A DNA stretch of 64,000 nucleotides from Octopus vulgaris (Eukaryota). The position numbers and the translations under genes were made by a program. The stretch spans positions 14,508,001 to 14,572,000 of the forward strand of contig OX597837.1 of the NCBI GenBank assembly GCA_951406725.2, given 5' to 3'. Under the pieces are notes generated by a model. The model saw only the letters and a program-made list of their open reading frames with translations. It did no database searches and was not told the DNA's origin. The stretch's first letter is position 1, and the number at the start of each line of letters is the position of its first letter. Positions 1 to 13,162 of this stretch are shown piece by piece.

Positions 1-852
1 ATACGTGCCATTCTTGCTACATTCACCCATCTTTTTTTAAAACATTCGCTAGACAAAACTTGCCTCTCTACTCTCACTTTCCTTTTCAAGTGGTACTTGA
101 AGAAGTTGATGAGAGATTGACCAGAGAGGAAAGTGTTTGTCTCCAATCCTTTCAGACGCGTCCACCAGATACATTCCTTCGCCATAGCCACAAGGATGAT
201 GAAAATAGCTCTTCCTTCCCGTTTGAAGGAAGGAGGCGTGACAATATTGACGATAGACTCAGCTGATAAACCTACTCGTCCCACACGTGACAGCAGTTGT
301 TCGACATAAGCCCACAGGTCGGAAATTGTTGGACACTGAACGAGTGCGTGCAGAACGGTTTCGTCGCTCTGACCGCATCTCGGGCAGGTCGGCCCCGTGT
401 TTCTCGAGCCGTGTCTGTAGAGCTTATCCCGAACGGGTAGCGCTTCTCGGTAGCACTGCCAGGCCAGGGATCTCTGGAAGTTGTCCATGGGCCCTGGCCC
501 GAAAGTCGTCCTGAACAGGCGGGTCAGGTACTCCTCGTCGACGTCCAGGTTCGCCCCGAGCTCGTCGTCGTACCTCCCCTCCACTAAACCCCTATAGAAT
601 GCTTTGGTTGTGTTGAAGTCACTTAAGGTCGACCCAGGACGGCAGAGTTGCTTGAGAGCAACGCGACACTCGCGGTGCCATTCGCCCTTCCTCGGCCTCT
701 TTTTGATCCACGACTGCAGTTCGGTCATGGAGACGAGCTGCGGGAAAGCGTGCCTCACAAACGGCGACCACACCTGTTCACCGTCGTCTACATAGAGCCA
801 GAGGTGCCGCAGTCTCAGCGCGTGTCTGCGCATCATCAACCACGGCATGCCC
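1..852 (-). mobile_element. 5'-truncated Tx1/L1-clade non-LTR retrotransposon, ORF2 C-terminal part (post-RT region plus zf-RVT); runs off the window start
   Basis: Hand translation of the minus strand 851->3 has no stop: [18 protein letters not shown]...FQRSLAWQCYREALPVRDKLYRHG...TCPRCGQSDETVLHALVQCPTISDLW...AMAKECIWWTR...FKKRW. CxxC-x7-H-x4-C knuckle, ALP motif and IW..R are typical of L1/Tx1 ORF2. Missing from the ORF track because no stop lies in the window. Confidence 0.9.
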
Positions 853-1415
<563 letters not shown>

Positions 1416-2104
1416 TGACCATACATATCTTCTTTATACATGCATTTCAGACTTGTTCATTCAAAGAACGATGACCATGGTATCATATGATGTCCTGACT
1501 TGAGCGTGATTTGCTTGAAAGTATGATAAGTTTGAACGATGTTAGCTTTATTTATCTGTCCATGCCTGCGTTGTTCCAAAATCAAGACGAGATCAAGACG
1601 ACTGGAGGTACATCTGGAAGCAGCGGAGGAACAGATGTTCAACCATATCTCGTCTTTATCTGAGAAGTCTACAACGTATTCTGAAACGGGGTTTCGACCT
1701 TTGGATCCACTGGTAGTTTTTTCCACTCAACCCACTGGATTTAGTCAACTCCTGCTTCTTTAGACCGTAATGAGACGTGTGGGCGCGGCTGGCTGTTTGG
1801 ATGTTGGCGATTTGGCACGGCTGACTGGAGATTTAACCTATTTTGATGACAGTACTTGTTATCAAGTACCTGTGTACATTTTGGAACTGGAGGCCAAAAT
1901 GGACACACATACGCGTGTACTCGCAGAAATATACATATACAGATAGAGTTAGAGAGAGAGAGGGAGGAGAGAGAGAAAGAGAGAGAGAGAAAGATTACAA
2001 TTTATTAATTGTACTCGACTGTCGTAAGCACTTTCCTTTCATTCTAACACATAGAAGGAAATATGCTTACGTACATGAACAGAGAGAGGGTAGAAGAGAG
2101 AGAG

Positions 2105-2155
<51 letters not shown>

Positions 2156-3144
2156 GAGAAACATTAATAGGGAGATCAAATATTAAAACCTCTGATCTCA
2201 AATAAGTCAGCGTCGAATCAGCGACGCCAAATGGGAGGCGCCGGAATGGCTGCACCAAAACGTCTCATGCTCAAGTTAGACATCTTAATTCCCCAAGGTT
2301 TTGAAATCCAGTGACTGCCCTGATTCCCTTTGTTTAGTCCCTTTGTGAAAGGGTCATATCGCGGTTTGGCTACTCTCCACGATACAATGTCTTGGAGCAA
2401 CAGGTGAAAGCAAGATGGTGTCAAACGAAGATGACAGGTAAGTGATATCTTCCTAAGGTGTCACAAGTGTTTCTACCAGAAGAGTCACATCTCCCCAAAA
2501 AAGCGATAAATATACATCGTACGACAGTACAAGCTGGACACCAGGAGGATACTTTATAAATACAAAAAATTCCATTCATTTACAACAATGTATCGAAATT
2601 CTAGCAGGAATACGTCTACATGGAAATTCCAGATTCAATCAATACCGTTCCACCCCCAACATTTATAATTCTAATTTTAGAATAAGATGTCTGTTAATTA
2701 AACGAGCTTGATGTACGTGGCCACTTATAACCCACCTTGTAATTAAAATACACGAATAAATATAACGAATGAAAACAACTTATTCAGCGTTTTTCACAAA
2801 CAATTTTCAAGTCCTTTTTACTTGTAATTCTTTTCAAGCACATTCAAGCATTTCATGTTTATTAACAAAATTATATTTTCTGACCTAAATATTATTTCCT
2901 TTACACAAATTTATATTACGTTTATATATTTGTTTTGCAAGATTCTTGATGTGAAATCGTGTGTTGAAACAGATGTTGTTGTATTTAGGAATGGTCATGT
3001 TGCCAGTTTAGCCAATAAAAACACACGCACTATATATATATATATATATCTTGTTCTTTTCATATAAATATAAATATCTTTTTTCTTTTTAAGTAAAAAG
3101 TTTCTTCTTTCGAATAAATTTCTGGAGTCTGACACATTAAATAG

Positions 3145-3330
3145 GTAGGGCGGCAGGTAGGCAGGTAGGCAGGTACGTATGTATGTATGTATGTATGTAT
3201 GTATGTATGTATGTATGTATGTATGTATGTATGTATGTATGTATGCATGTATGTATGTATGTAGGAGGTAAGTAGGTAGGTATGTAGGTAGGTAGGTAGG
3301 TAGGTAGGTAGGTAGGTATGTAGGTAGGTA
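3145..3330. repeat. (GTAG)n/(GTAT)n compound microsatellite
   Basis: Seen directly. Confidence 0.95.
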
Positions 3331-3596
3331 TTAAGAGAGACTTTAGAGTGTCGGAAAAATATCTCGCGATATTCATTTACCTCCTGAATTCAAATCCAAT
3401 AAGGCTCAAAATATAAGCTCTTTAGTAAAATCATTCTTCTGGTAAATGACACAAACGATTAACGTCAACCAAACGAGTTCTAGAGCGAAACAGTACGTCT
3501 TTTGTTGAGCTCACTGTCGTAGTTTCAAAAAGATATTTATATACGGTATCAATACTTTTAGTACTTAATAGTCTTCCTGAATAGATAACTGCAAAA

Positions 3597-3722
3597 TGTG
3601 TGTGTGTGTGTGTGTATGAATCAGTCTGTCTACGCGCGAGTATGTGTATATACACACACATGTATATACATACGTATTCATATATAATATGTATATACAT
3701 ATACATACTCACATACATACTG

Positions 3723-3772
<50 letters not shown>

Positions 3773-3943
3773 TATGTACGTACATATATACACATGCAGG
3801 TATATTTTACACATACACACGTATATATACTTATACACTCACACACATCCACACACATATATATATATACATATATACGTATATATGTATGTATATACAT
3901 GTGTGTGTGTGAGTGGATGTTCATATATATATATAATTATATA

Positions 3944-3996
<53 letters not shown>

Positions 3997-4057
3997 ATAT
4001 ACATACATATATATATATGTATATATATAAATATATATACATATATATATATATATG

Positions 4058-4091
<34 letters not shown>

Positions 4092-4111
4092 CATAGATAT
4101 ATATATGTATG

Positions 4112-4146
<35 letters not shown>

Positions 4147-4165
4147 ATAGAGAGAGAGAGAGACA
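3597..4165. repeat. (TA)n/(TG)n/(CA)n compound microsatellite
   Basis: Seen directly. Confidence 0.95.
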
Positions 4166-4284
4166 CACGTACATTTGGCTGTTCCTGTATTTTTATTCAA
4201 ATCTATCTACACTCACACATACAGATTAATATTCGTTTGAGCAGGTGCTCTCTTTGTATATCTACGTTTCTGTCTGTGCGATTC

Positions 4285-4286
<2 letters not shown>

Positions 4287-4345
<59 letters not shown>

Positions 4346-4695
4346 TGTGTGTGTGAGTGCGTGTGTATGTTCTGTAATTTATTAGTGTGTGTGTTCTGTA
4401 ATTTATTAGTGTGTGTGTGTGTGAGTGTGTGTGTGAGTGTGTGTGTGTGTGAGTGTGTGTGTGAGTGTGTGTGTGTTCTGTAATTTATTAGTGTGTGTGT
4501 GTGTGTGTGAGTGTGTGTGTGTGTGAGTCTGTGTGTGTGTTCTGTAATTTATTAGTGTGTGTGTGTGTGAGTGAGTGTGTGTGTGTGTTCTGTAATTTAT
4601 TAGTGTGTGTCTGTGTAACTGTGAGTATATATTTTTAGTACATGTGTGTGTGTACGTGTGTGTGTACGTGTGTGTGTGTGTACGTGTGTCTGTGT
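4287..4695. repeat. (GT)n tract with five copies of GTTCTGTAATTTATTAGT
   Basis: Motif at ~4369, 4393, 4475, 4539 and 4587, separated by (GT)n of variable length. Confidence 0.92.
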
Positions 4696-5023
4696 GTCTG
4701 CTATTTTTGGCTGGTGTAAGATTTCCCTCTCGCTGTTGTTTCCTCGTCTCCATTAGAAAAATTGGATCCAAGATGTCTATTTCGGGAGAGTCTAAAGATA
4801 GAACACGATCTAAAAATAACCGCCTTCCTCCCCTTCTTTCTCTGCTCCGAATTACTCTCTGCTGCAGGAACGAAAGAGTGGAAGTCAGAGACGTTAGTTA
4901 CGCGCGCACATGCTGAGGGCAACCTAGTCACGTGAAGTGACGTGACGGCAGTTGTCTTTCCAACCCCCACACACCAACCCTTTCCTCCCCCATCCTTACA
5001 TCCACCCACAAATACTTACTGAC

Positions 5024-5904
5024 CACCTTCTCCTTCTTCTTCTTCTTCTTCTTCTTCTTCTTCCTCTTCCTCTTCTTCTTCTTCTTCTTCTTCTTCTTCT
5101 TCTTCTTCACCTTCACCTTCTTCTTCTTCTTCTTCACCTTCTTCACCTTCTTCTTCTTCTTCTTCTTCTTCTTCACCTTCACCTTCTTCGTCTTCTTCTT
5201 CTTCTTCTTCTTCTTCACCTTCTTCACCTTCTTCTTCTTCTTCTTCACCTTCTTCTTCTTCTTCTTCTTCACCTTCTTCGCCTTCTTCTTCTTCTTCACC
5301 TTCTTCACCTTCTTCTTCTTCTTCTTCACCTTCTTCTTCTTCTTCTTCTTCACCTTCTTCTTCTTCTTCTTCACCTTCTTCTTCTTCTTCTTCTTCTTCA
5401 CCTTCTTCACCTTCTTCTTCTTCTTCTTCTTCACCTTCTTCTTCTTCTTCTTCCTCACCTTCTTCTTCTTCTTCACCTTCACCTTCTTCTTCTTCTTCTT
5501 CACCTTCACCTTCTTCTTCTTTTTCTTCACCTTCTTCACCTTCTTCTTCTTCTTCTTCTTCCTCACCTTCTTCTTCTTCTTCTTCACCTTCTTCTTCTTC
5601 ACCTTCACCTTCTTCTTTTTCTTCACCTTCTTCACCTTCTTCTTCTTCTTCACCTTCTTCACCTTCTTTTTCTTCTTCTTCTTCTTCTTCTTCACCTTCT
5701 TCTTCTTCTTCTTCTTCACCTTCTTCTTCTTCTTCTTCTTCTTCTTCTTCTTCTTCACCTTCTTCTTCTTCTTCTTCTTCTTCTTCTTCTTCTTCTTCTT
5801 CTTCTTCACCTTCTTCTTCTTCTTCTTCTTCTTCTTCTTCTTCTTCTTCTTCTCCTCCTCCTTCATCACCCTCCTCATCATCGTCATCATCATCATCATC
5901 ATCG

Positions 5905-5936
<32 letters not shown>

Positions 5937-6000
5937 GTCATCGTCATCATCACCATCATCATCATCATCATCATCATCACCATCATCATCATCATCGTCG

Positions 6001-6045
<45 letters not shown>

Positions 6046-6096
6046 CCATCATCATCATATTCATTATCATCATCATCATCATCATCATCATCGTCG

Positions 6097-6137
<41 letters not shown>

Positions 6138-6231
6138 GTCATCATCATCATCACCATCATCATCATATTCATTATCATCATCATCATCATCATCATCATT
6201 ATCATCATCATCATCATCATCATCATCGTCG

Positions 6232-6284
<53 letters not shown>

Positions 6285-6858
6285 GTCATCATCACCATCA
6301 TCATCATCATAATCATCATCACCTTCTTCACCTTCTTCTCCTTCCTCTTCTTCTTCACCTTCTTCTCTTTCCTCTTCTTCTTCTTCACCTTCTTCTTCTT
6401 CTCCTTCCTCTTCTTCTTCACCTTTTTCTTCATCCTCCTCCTCATCATCATCTTCCTCCTATTCTTTTTCTTTATCATCATCATCATCATCATCATCATC
6501 TTCTTCTTCTTCTTCTTCTTCGCCATCATCATCATCATCACCTTCTTCTTCACTCTCTTCTTTTTCTTCTTCTTCTGCATCTTCACCTTCTTCTCCTTCC
6601 TCTTCTTCTTCACCTTTTTCTTCATCCTCCTCCTCATCATCATCTTCCTCCTATTCTTTTTCTTTATCATCATCATCATCATCATCATCATCATCTTCTT
6701 CTTCTTCTTCTTCTTCGCCATCATCATCATCATCACCTTCTTCTTCACTCTCTTCTTTTTCTTCTTCTTCTGCATCTTCACCTTCTTCTCCTTCCTCTTC
6801 TTCTTCACCTTTTTCTTCATCATCTTCATCTTCTCCTTCCTCTTCTTTTCCTTCTCCC
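5024..6858. repeat. 1.8-kb compound trinucleotide repeat: (TTC)n with CACC interruptions, then (ATC)n, then ~210-bp higher-order duplications
   Basis: Seen directly; ~6400-6600 recurs at ~6610-6820. Confidence 0.95.
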
Positions 6859-7485
6859 CCATTGTTTATCTTGAACTTTATTCGCATTTCACTCATTCCA
6901 TTGCTTTCTTTCATCACTCTCTCTCTCACTCTTAAAGGACACTTTTAACTGGCAGGTAGAAAGACGGGCAGATAGCCGGGCGGACAGACAGACAGACAGA
7001 CGGACTTTGGAGTAGATTTGGGGTAAGGACTTGGAGAAATACAATCAAGCATCAACCCGATGGCTGAATAGAGAGAGTTCGGGGACAGATCGACAAATAC
7101 GCTAAAGAGGCAGACAGATACATACATAAACAGAGAGACAGAGAGAGAGAGAGATAAATCTAAAGACAAACATATTTAGAGAGAGGGAGTTATAACAGAG
7201 AGGGAGACTTAGGGGTAAGCAGATGGACACATACATAGAGATATGTAGACATGTGTATAGATAGAGAGAGAGAGGTTTGGAGGCAGATCGAGAAGTTGAT
7301 AGTGTATGCCAGACAATTGGTTGTATGACAGACGTTCTGAGACGGGGGCAGACAAGTTGAGACGGTAACAGATGAGTCGACTGGGATAGTTTGGCAGAGT
7401 TGTTGATAATACGATGAATAATCAGACACAGAGACATGTGACTGGATGACAGTTCGACTGATACTATGATTTAGATGAGATGACA

Positions 7486-7657
7486 CTATAAAAGGAACAA
7501 GGCCCGAAATCTTTGGGGAGGAGGACAGTCGATTACATCGACCCCAGTGCGAAACTGGTACTTATTTAATCGACCTCGAAAGGATGAAAGGCAAAGTTGA
7601 CCTCAGCGGAATATGAACTCAGAACGTAGCGGCAGACGAAATACCGTTAAGCATTTC
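7486..7657 (-). mobile_element. tRNA-derived SINE, family A (MetaSINE-like central domain), 5'-truncated
   Basis: Reverse complement of the CTTTGCCTTTCATCCTTTCGAGGTCGAT...AAGTACCAG core shared with 9319 and 17423. Confidence 0.8.
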
Positions 7658-8090
7658 CTTCTGAATCCATTACAACTTTTTTCGACCGTCGCTTGAAGAA
7701 AATCTCTAGTTGGTGACACCTAGAACCAGATGGTTCTTACTCAGCACTGCAATTCCTGCAAATCCATCATCTGAATCGGCAATGGACACTTCCATGCCTC
7801 ACATATCCTGCAAGATCGCCAATCTTCCAAATTTTAGTAACAATGGAACCCCTTCAAATTTCGTGAAATTCTCCTTCTCCCTACTTCTCAAACATATTGT
7901 AGTTCAGTAAATTGTGTGTGGAAAAAGAAAGACTTTGCGCACTAAATACTTGTTTAGTATCCAGTTTAGCACCGCACATACATGGTAAACGGTTAAATCT
8001 AGTCACTTTCACCATCAAATCCCCTTATCACGCTCAAATACATCTAAGTACGAAGGTACTTCCGTTTACTTGAAACTAAGAAAACCCACC

Positions 8091-8284
8091 AAAAGGGCAA
8101 AAGCTCGCTCGATCTCGATTTTTCAATACGAATACAGACCGCGAAAGCGTGGCCTACCGATCCTTTCCGAACAGCGGTGAGCAAAGCTTCTGCTGATAGG
8201 GGTCAGAAAAGTTTCCACAGGGATAACTGGTTTGGGGCAAGTCGAGTCCTATGTAAGCGATCCTTTTCGTTTTGATCTCTTCGA
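8091..8284 (+). pseudogene. Diverged 28S rRNA fragment (domain V, peptidyl-transferase region)
   Basis: AAGGGCAAAAGCTCGCTCGATCTCGATTTTTCAATACGAATACAGACCGCGAAAGC...GTCAGAAAAGTTTCCACAGGGATAACTGG matches the conserved eukaryotic LSU rRNA sequence with many substitutions. Confidence 0.88.
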
Positions 8285-8299
8285 ACGCTCACCAAATTC

Positions 8300-9270
8300 T
8301 TTAATTTCTTACTCCATACATAAAGGACACAAAAATACCACGGCACCATTAGAGATGGTTTCCAAGATCTTTGTTCTTAGAATCGTATATACTACGATTT
8401 TTATTTTTTGGAAGCTAGCTACGGTAACCCCATTTTCAAGAAAGGCAATCCTTTTGATCATAATACCTACCGTTGTATTATATTCACTTCCGATCTTTTA
8501 AACGTGATGAAAATAGCTATTAACAATAAGGTTCCTCAACAACTTGATTCCCTTTTCATTCGATGACCACCAAAATGGCTTTCGTTAAGTCAGATCTACG
8601 GCACACTTACTCGCCCACGTCACTCACCAGTGAGTTTTCACCTTGGTAGATTTGGTGAAAACTGCGTTATTGCATTTGATGCCAGCAAAACATTCGATTG
8701 TCTGGCAAACAAACGTCTTGCGAAGACTGACCTCCATCAGTCTTTTATTTTGGGGATCGATGGTTCCCTCTCAGACCGTAATGTTGTGGGCGCTCCCTGG
8801 GGAAGCTTCCTTTCAACTGCACCCGATCAACTAATGTCTGCCCAACGAGCCCGGTTTCGGCACACACACTCACTTTTCCTCTTCTATAATAACAACTCCC
8901 TTGCTCTCAACCTCAACAAATGCAAATCTTGTGCAAAGGACATGACCCTACATACCTGCAACACCTTCTGAACCCAAGCATCATCTACAAACAATCTGGA
9001 CATTTCGCGTCAAAGCTGCTCCAACACAAAGGGTCAATTTTGTCCCCTTTAACAGCACCACAAAGGCACAATCAAGAAAATATCATCATTGTACCTCACC
9101 ACTCTTTCTCCTGTACTTGAATGCCACAAAACTAGAACCATTAAGCCCGCTATAAAGGCCTCTCCCTCCACTCATTGAGGATTTCTCGTACCGAATACAG
9201 ATACCTAATAGAGCAAAGACTTCGGCTCAAAAGCTGAACTTCCTCTTCAGAACTATGAAATACTTCGAAT
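8300..9270 (+). mobile_element. Decayed LINE reverse transcriptase (CR1/Jockey-like)
   Basis: Frameshifted motifs WKLATV-PIFKKGNPFDHNTYR, HQNGFR*VRST, VIAFDASKTFD, GAPWGSFLS and CAKDMTL correspond to the successive conserved RT motifs. Confidence 0.75.
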
Positions 9271-9318
9271 CCCACTGAGCACTGTAGCGTGTTACGACTA
9301 TTTAATATTTCCCTTGTC

Positions 9319-9523
9319 GAATGCGGTGAGCTGGCAGAAATGTTAGCACGGCGGGCGAAATGATCAGCGGTATTTCGCCTGCCGCTACGTTCTTAGTTCA
9401 AATTCCATCTAGGTCGACTTTGCCTTTCATCCTTTCAGGATCGATAAATTAAGTCTCAGTTGGGTACTAATCGACTGCCCCACCTCATCCAAGATTTCGG
9501 GCTTTGTGCCTAGAGTAGATAAG
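9319..9523 (+). mobile_element. Full-length SINE, family A, with 15-bp target-site duplication
   Basis: A-box GAGCTGGCAGAA, B-box GTTCAAATTC, core GCCTTTCATCCTTTC; AATATTTCCCTTGTC occurs at 9304-9318 and 9524-9538. Confidence 0.88.
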
Positions 9524-10559
9524 AATATTTCCCTTGTCTACAATATGGCAGTGATATATGCGCAACCACCTAAAACGAACCAACGAGTGACCGAAGTGTA
9601 TGTGGCCACTCTATGTGTTAGAAACAACAGTCAAATATCCTTCTAACTGCACGTGATTGTCTCACAGTGAACATATTGGATTCTGCTGACATAAATATTG
9701 AAGATGCTTTGACCTACACAGAAACGGCCAGAGCCACTCAGAGGTTTTGCAAGCTTTTCTTCGAAATCAATCGCAATGGTGAAAATCCTTCCTTATATTC
9801 TGCAAGCATCTGAAAATCAACAAGGGGTCGGTTATGACTACACACCCAGTTGCTCTGCTTGCACAGTTTCCCATGACTTTCTGCACCATCCAATTTAGTT
9901 GGGTTTTTTTTTAATCGGGATCTTGGGCCATAAGGAATTTTCCATTGGTCGATTACACAACCACGGACGCCGCCTCTGTGCCTACGTTACAGTTACTCTC
10001 TTGACAAAACTTGGTGATCCTAACCGTTGATCTTCTAGGATTCCTCTGCTTAGCATCAACGAAAGAAGCACCGTTGGCTCAGAGGATCTCTTCCGCTCCC
10101 TCTTTATATCATTGGCAGGTTGGCTGAACCGGATGCTATGCCTTGGCAAAGGGCAATCCATAACAATGCAAGGCACAGTCAGCACTCCGAAAGATATTTT
10201 CAAATTACTTGCACACCCGTGACTGAAACATCTTTTATTAGTGGTATGCTGGGTGGTGGGCGCTAACGACAAATATGACCCCTTCATTACTCCTCTTCTG
10301 AATTCTTCTATATCTTAAGGAGTAATTTCAAGAATTACGCAAAAAAAAGTCTCTTGGTTCCTCAACATTTGACTTCCACATTTTCTCTTCTCTTCACTCT
10401 TTTATTCTGCACGAGCTTTTCCAACTTTCATACTCTCTGACAGTTAGTCTCTCTCTTTCTCTCAAACTATCTATCTAGATATTTGTCTGTCTGTCTGCCT
10501 GCCTGTCTGTCTGTTTGTCTATCACAGTAACTATTTAAATATCGCGCTCTCTCCCCACC

Positions 10560-10593
10560 ACATATATATATATATATATATTTATTTATTATT

Positions 10594-10627
<34 letters not shown>

Positions 10628-10724
10628 CGAGAGAGAGAGAGAGGCAGACAGACAGCCAACCAGACAGACAGTTAGATAGATATCATGCATACATATATGC
10701 AACATATATGCATATCTATATATA

Positions 10725-10776
<52 letters not shown>

Positions 10777-11107
10777 CACACACACACGCAAACACATACA
10801 ATCACTGTTAAATGTTTGAACGTACGTATGTATGTATGTGTGCATGCATGTATGTATATATGTATATATGCATGCATGCATAAAAGTATCTTTCTATCTA
10901 CCTACCTACCTGCCTACCTACCTATCTATCTGTCTGTCTATCTATCTATCTACCTATCTAACTATCTATCTTATCTATCTACCTATCTATCTACCTATAG
11001 ATAGATATGTGTATTTTCATATCCCCTTAATTATCAATCTCTCTCTCTATATCTTGCAAAAAAATCTCTCCATCCTTATCTTCCTCATTCCGACATCACA
11101 TCATATA

Positions 11108-11162
<55 letters not shown>

Positions 11163-11367
11163 CTTCTCTATTTCTCCATATCTTTGCATCTCTTCCTGAT
11201 ACAACGTTTCCCTGTCACCTACATTCTTTCTCACGCAGACTCCATCTTTCTATCTCTCCGTCTCTACATCTAAAAAACCCCTAACTGTCCCCGTGCTCTC
11301 TCTTTCATTCACTCATTCATTCTCATTCATACGCACACACACACATACACACACACACATATATTTA

Positions 11368-11410
<43 letters not shown>

Positions 11411-11450
11411 TATGAATGCATACAAACATACATACATACACGCATAGCCA
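10560..11450. repeat. Compound microsatellites (TA, TATC, CT, CA)
   Basis: Seen directly. Confidence 0.9.
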
Positions 11451-12344
11451 TATATGAACGTACGTACAGTAAACAACGTTTTTCCCCAGCCAAAAGCTAG
11501 CTCTCCGTCAGTTATCTCCCCTTTGCCAACCTCTCCTGCACCTCCTCGCTCTACCTCCATTCCATTAAACACACACACAGACACACACACACACACTACA
11601 GTCTGTCTCTTAATGAACGGCTCGGCTGTGCAGGCGCCGCTGCTCTGCTTCTTGCTGCTGTTGCACCACTATATCGACCGCACTCACCTGCAACAATGCA
11701 AATATGCATCCGTACAATCGGTTCAGTCGCTGCTACTTACTCCTCCCACTTTACTACCTCACCTCATCCTTCTCCTCCCCAGCGACATTTCATTCTCAGA
11801 AACCACCGTTTTGTCAGTATTCCTGCTTTATTTACTTCCCACAAAACCCATATATACTTCCATATATGGTAAGGTATAGGGGACTGATTGAGAATGGAAA
11901 ATGTCCAACTATAGAGCTGTATGTAGTGTATTCTTTGGGGGGAGAGAAAGGAGATTCGCAGGTCGGAGAGCGGTGCGGGGAGAGCGCAACTGTTAAGCTG
12001 CACAATATATATATACACACACATATATATATATATATAAAATATATGGGTGTTTGTGAGTGTGTGTTTATATATGTGTGCATGCACACTACACACACAC
12101 ACAAACACGCAAATGTGTGTTTGTGTATTGTATACATTCATTCATATAATACCACCATCTCATTCAACATACATTCATTATATTTATTTTACAATGTGTG
12201 TATATAATGGTGTATATACCCATTAATATCGTTTGTATGGTTGCACATATACATACACGCATGCATATAATATATGATATATAATATACATACATACAAA
12301 CAAATATATGTATATATCAGTATGTATGAATGCATATATGTATG

Positions 12345-12404
<60 letters not shown>

Positions 12405-12959
12405 TGTGTGTTTGTGTGTTTGTGTGCATGTACCTATGTGTTTATACATGTATTATGTATATGTTTGCGCTTGTGTAAGTGCATATATATATATATGTGT
12501 GTATGTATACAAAGATATTCTATACAGTTGTGTGTACATGAATGCGTTAATGTGTTACAATAGTAGGTTGCACATTGCATACATGTATATACACACACAT
12601 ATTATACACAATGAAACATGAGGCTACCGACTAATACACATTCGTATATATGTATACACACACACACACACACACGTACTTGCACCTATTGATAGATGTC
12701 ACCGTATCCCTAGTTTCTGGAACCCTTCAACGGATTTCCCATGCATTCCTGATGTATTTTCGTAAATATTTATCAGTAACCACTCTGAGTTTAATAAACA
12801 TGTTGTTGGGGATGCACTGTGCAGAAATTATTCTACGCATAAGTGTGGGAGATTTGAATTTCGCGTAGCTATATACACACGCTAGTTAATAAAAGTATGT
12901 AGAAGTTTCGGTGCAATTTTTGTCCCCTTGTCAGCGTATATGATTAGTCCTAAGGTGCA

Positions 12960-13162
12960 CAGGGTTGGTTTCTTGGTGCATATATTCCTTCCTGGACAGG
13001 GATGCCGGTCCATTGAAGGATTATTTTTTACCAGCAGACTAGACTTGAATAACGTGGAATGAAGTTGCTTGCTCAAGAACGCAACGTATCGCGCAGTCCA
13101 GGAATGGAAACCGCAATCTTAGGGTCGTGAATGCAACATTCTAACCTCTGAGTCATGCGCCC
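12960..13162 (-). mobile_element. tRNA-derived SINE, family B (CORE-like), diverged
   Basis: Reverse-strand match to GTTCTTGAGCAA...TTCATT core and tRNA-like head of the 53096-53350 copy. Confidence 0.7.

Noticed and set aside
1451-1850. Possible exon after TTTCAG at 1450
   Set aside because: All three frames stop within ~60 nt and no family is recognisable.
4928-6874. 644-aa and 640-aa ORFs (poly K/M; poly L/H)
   Set aside because: Translations of TTC/ATC triplet repeats that lack stops by composition; no domain content.
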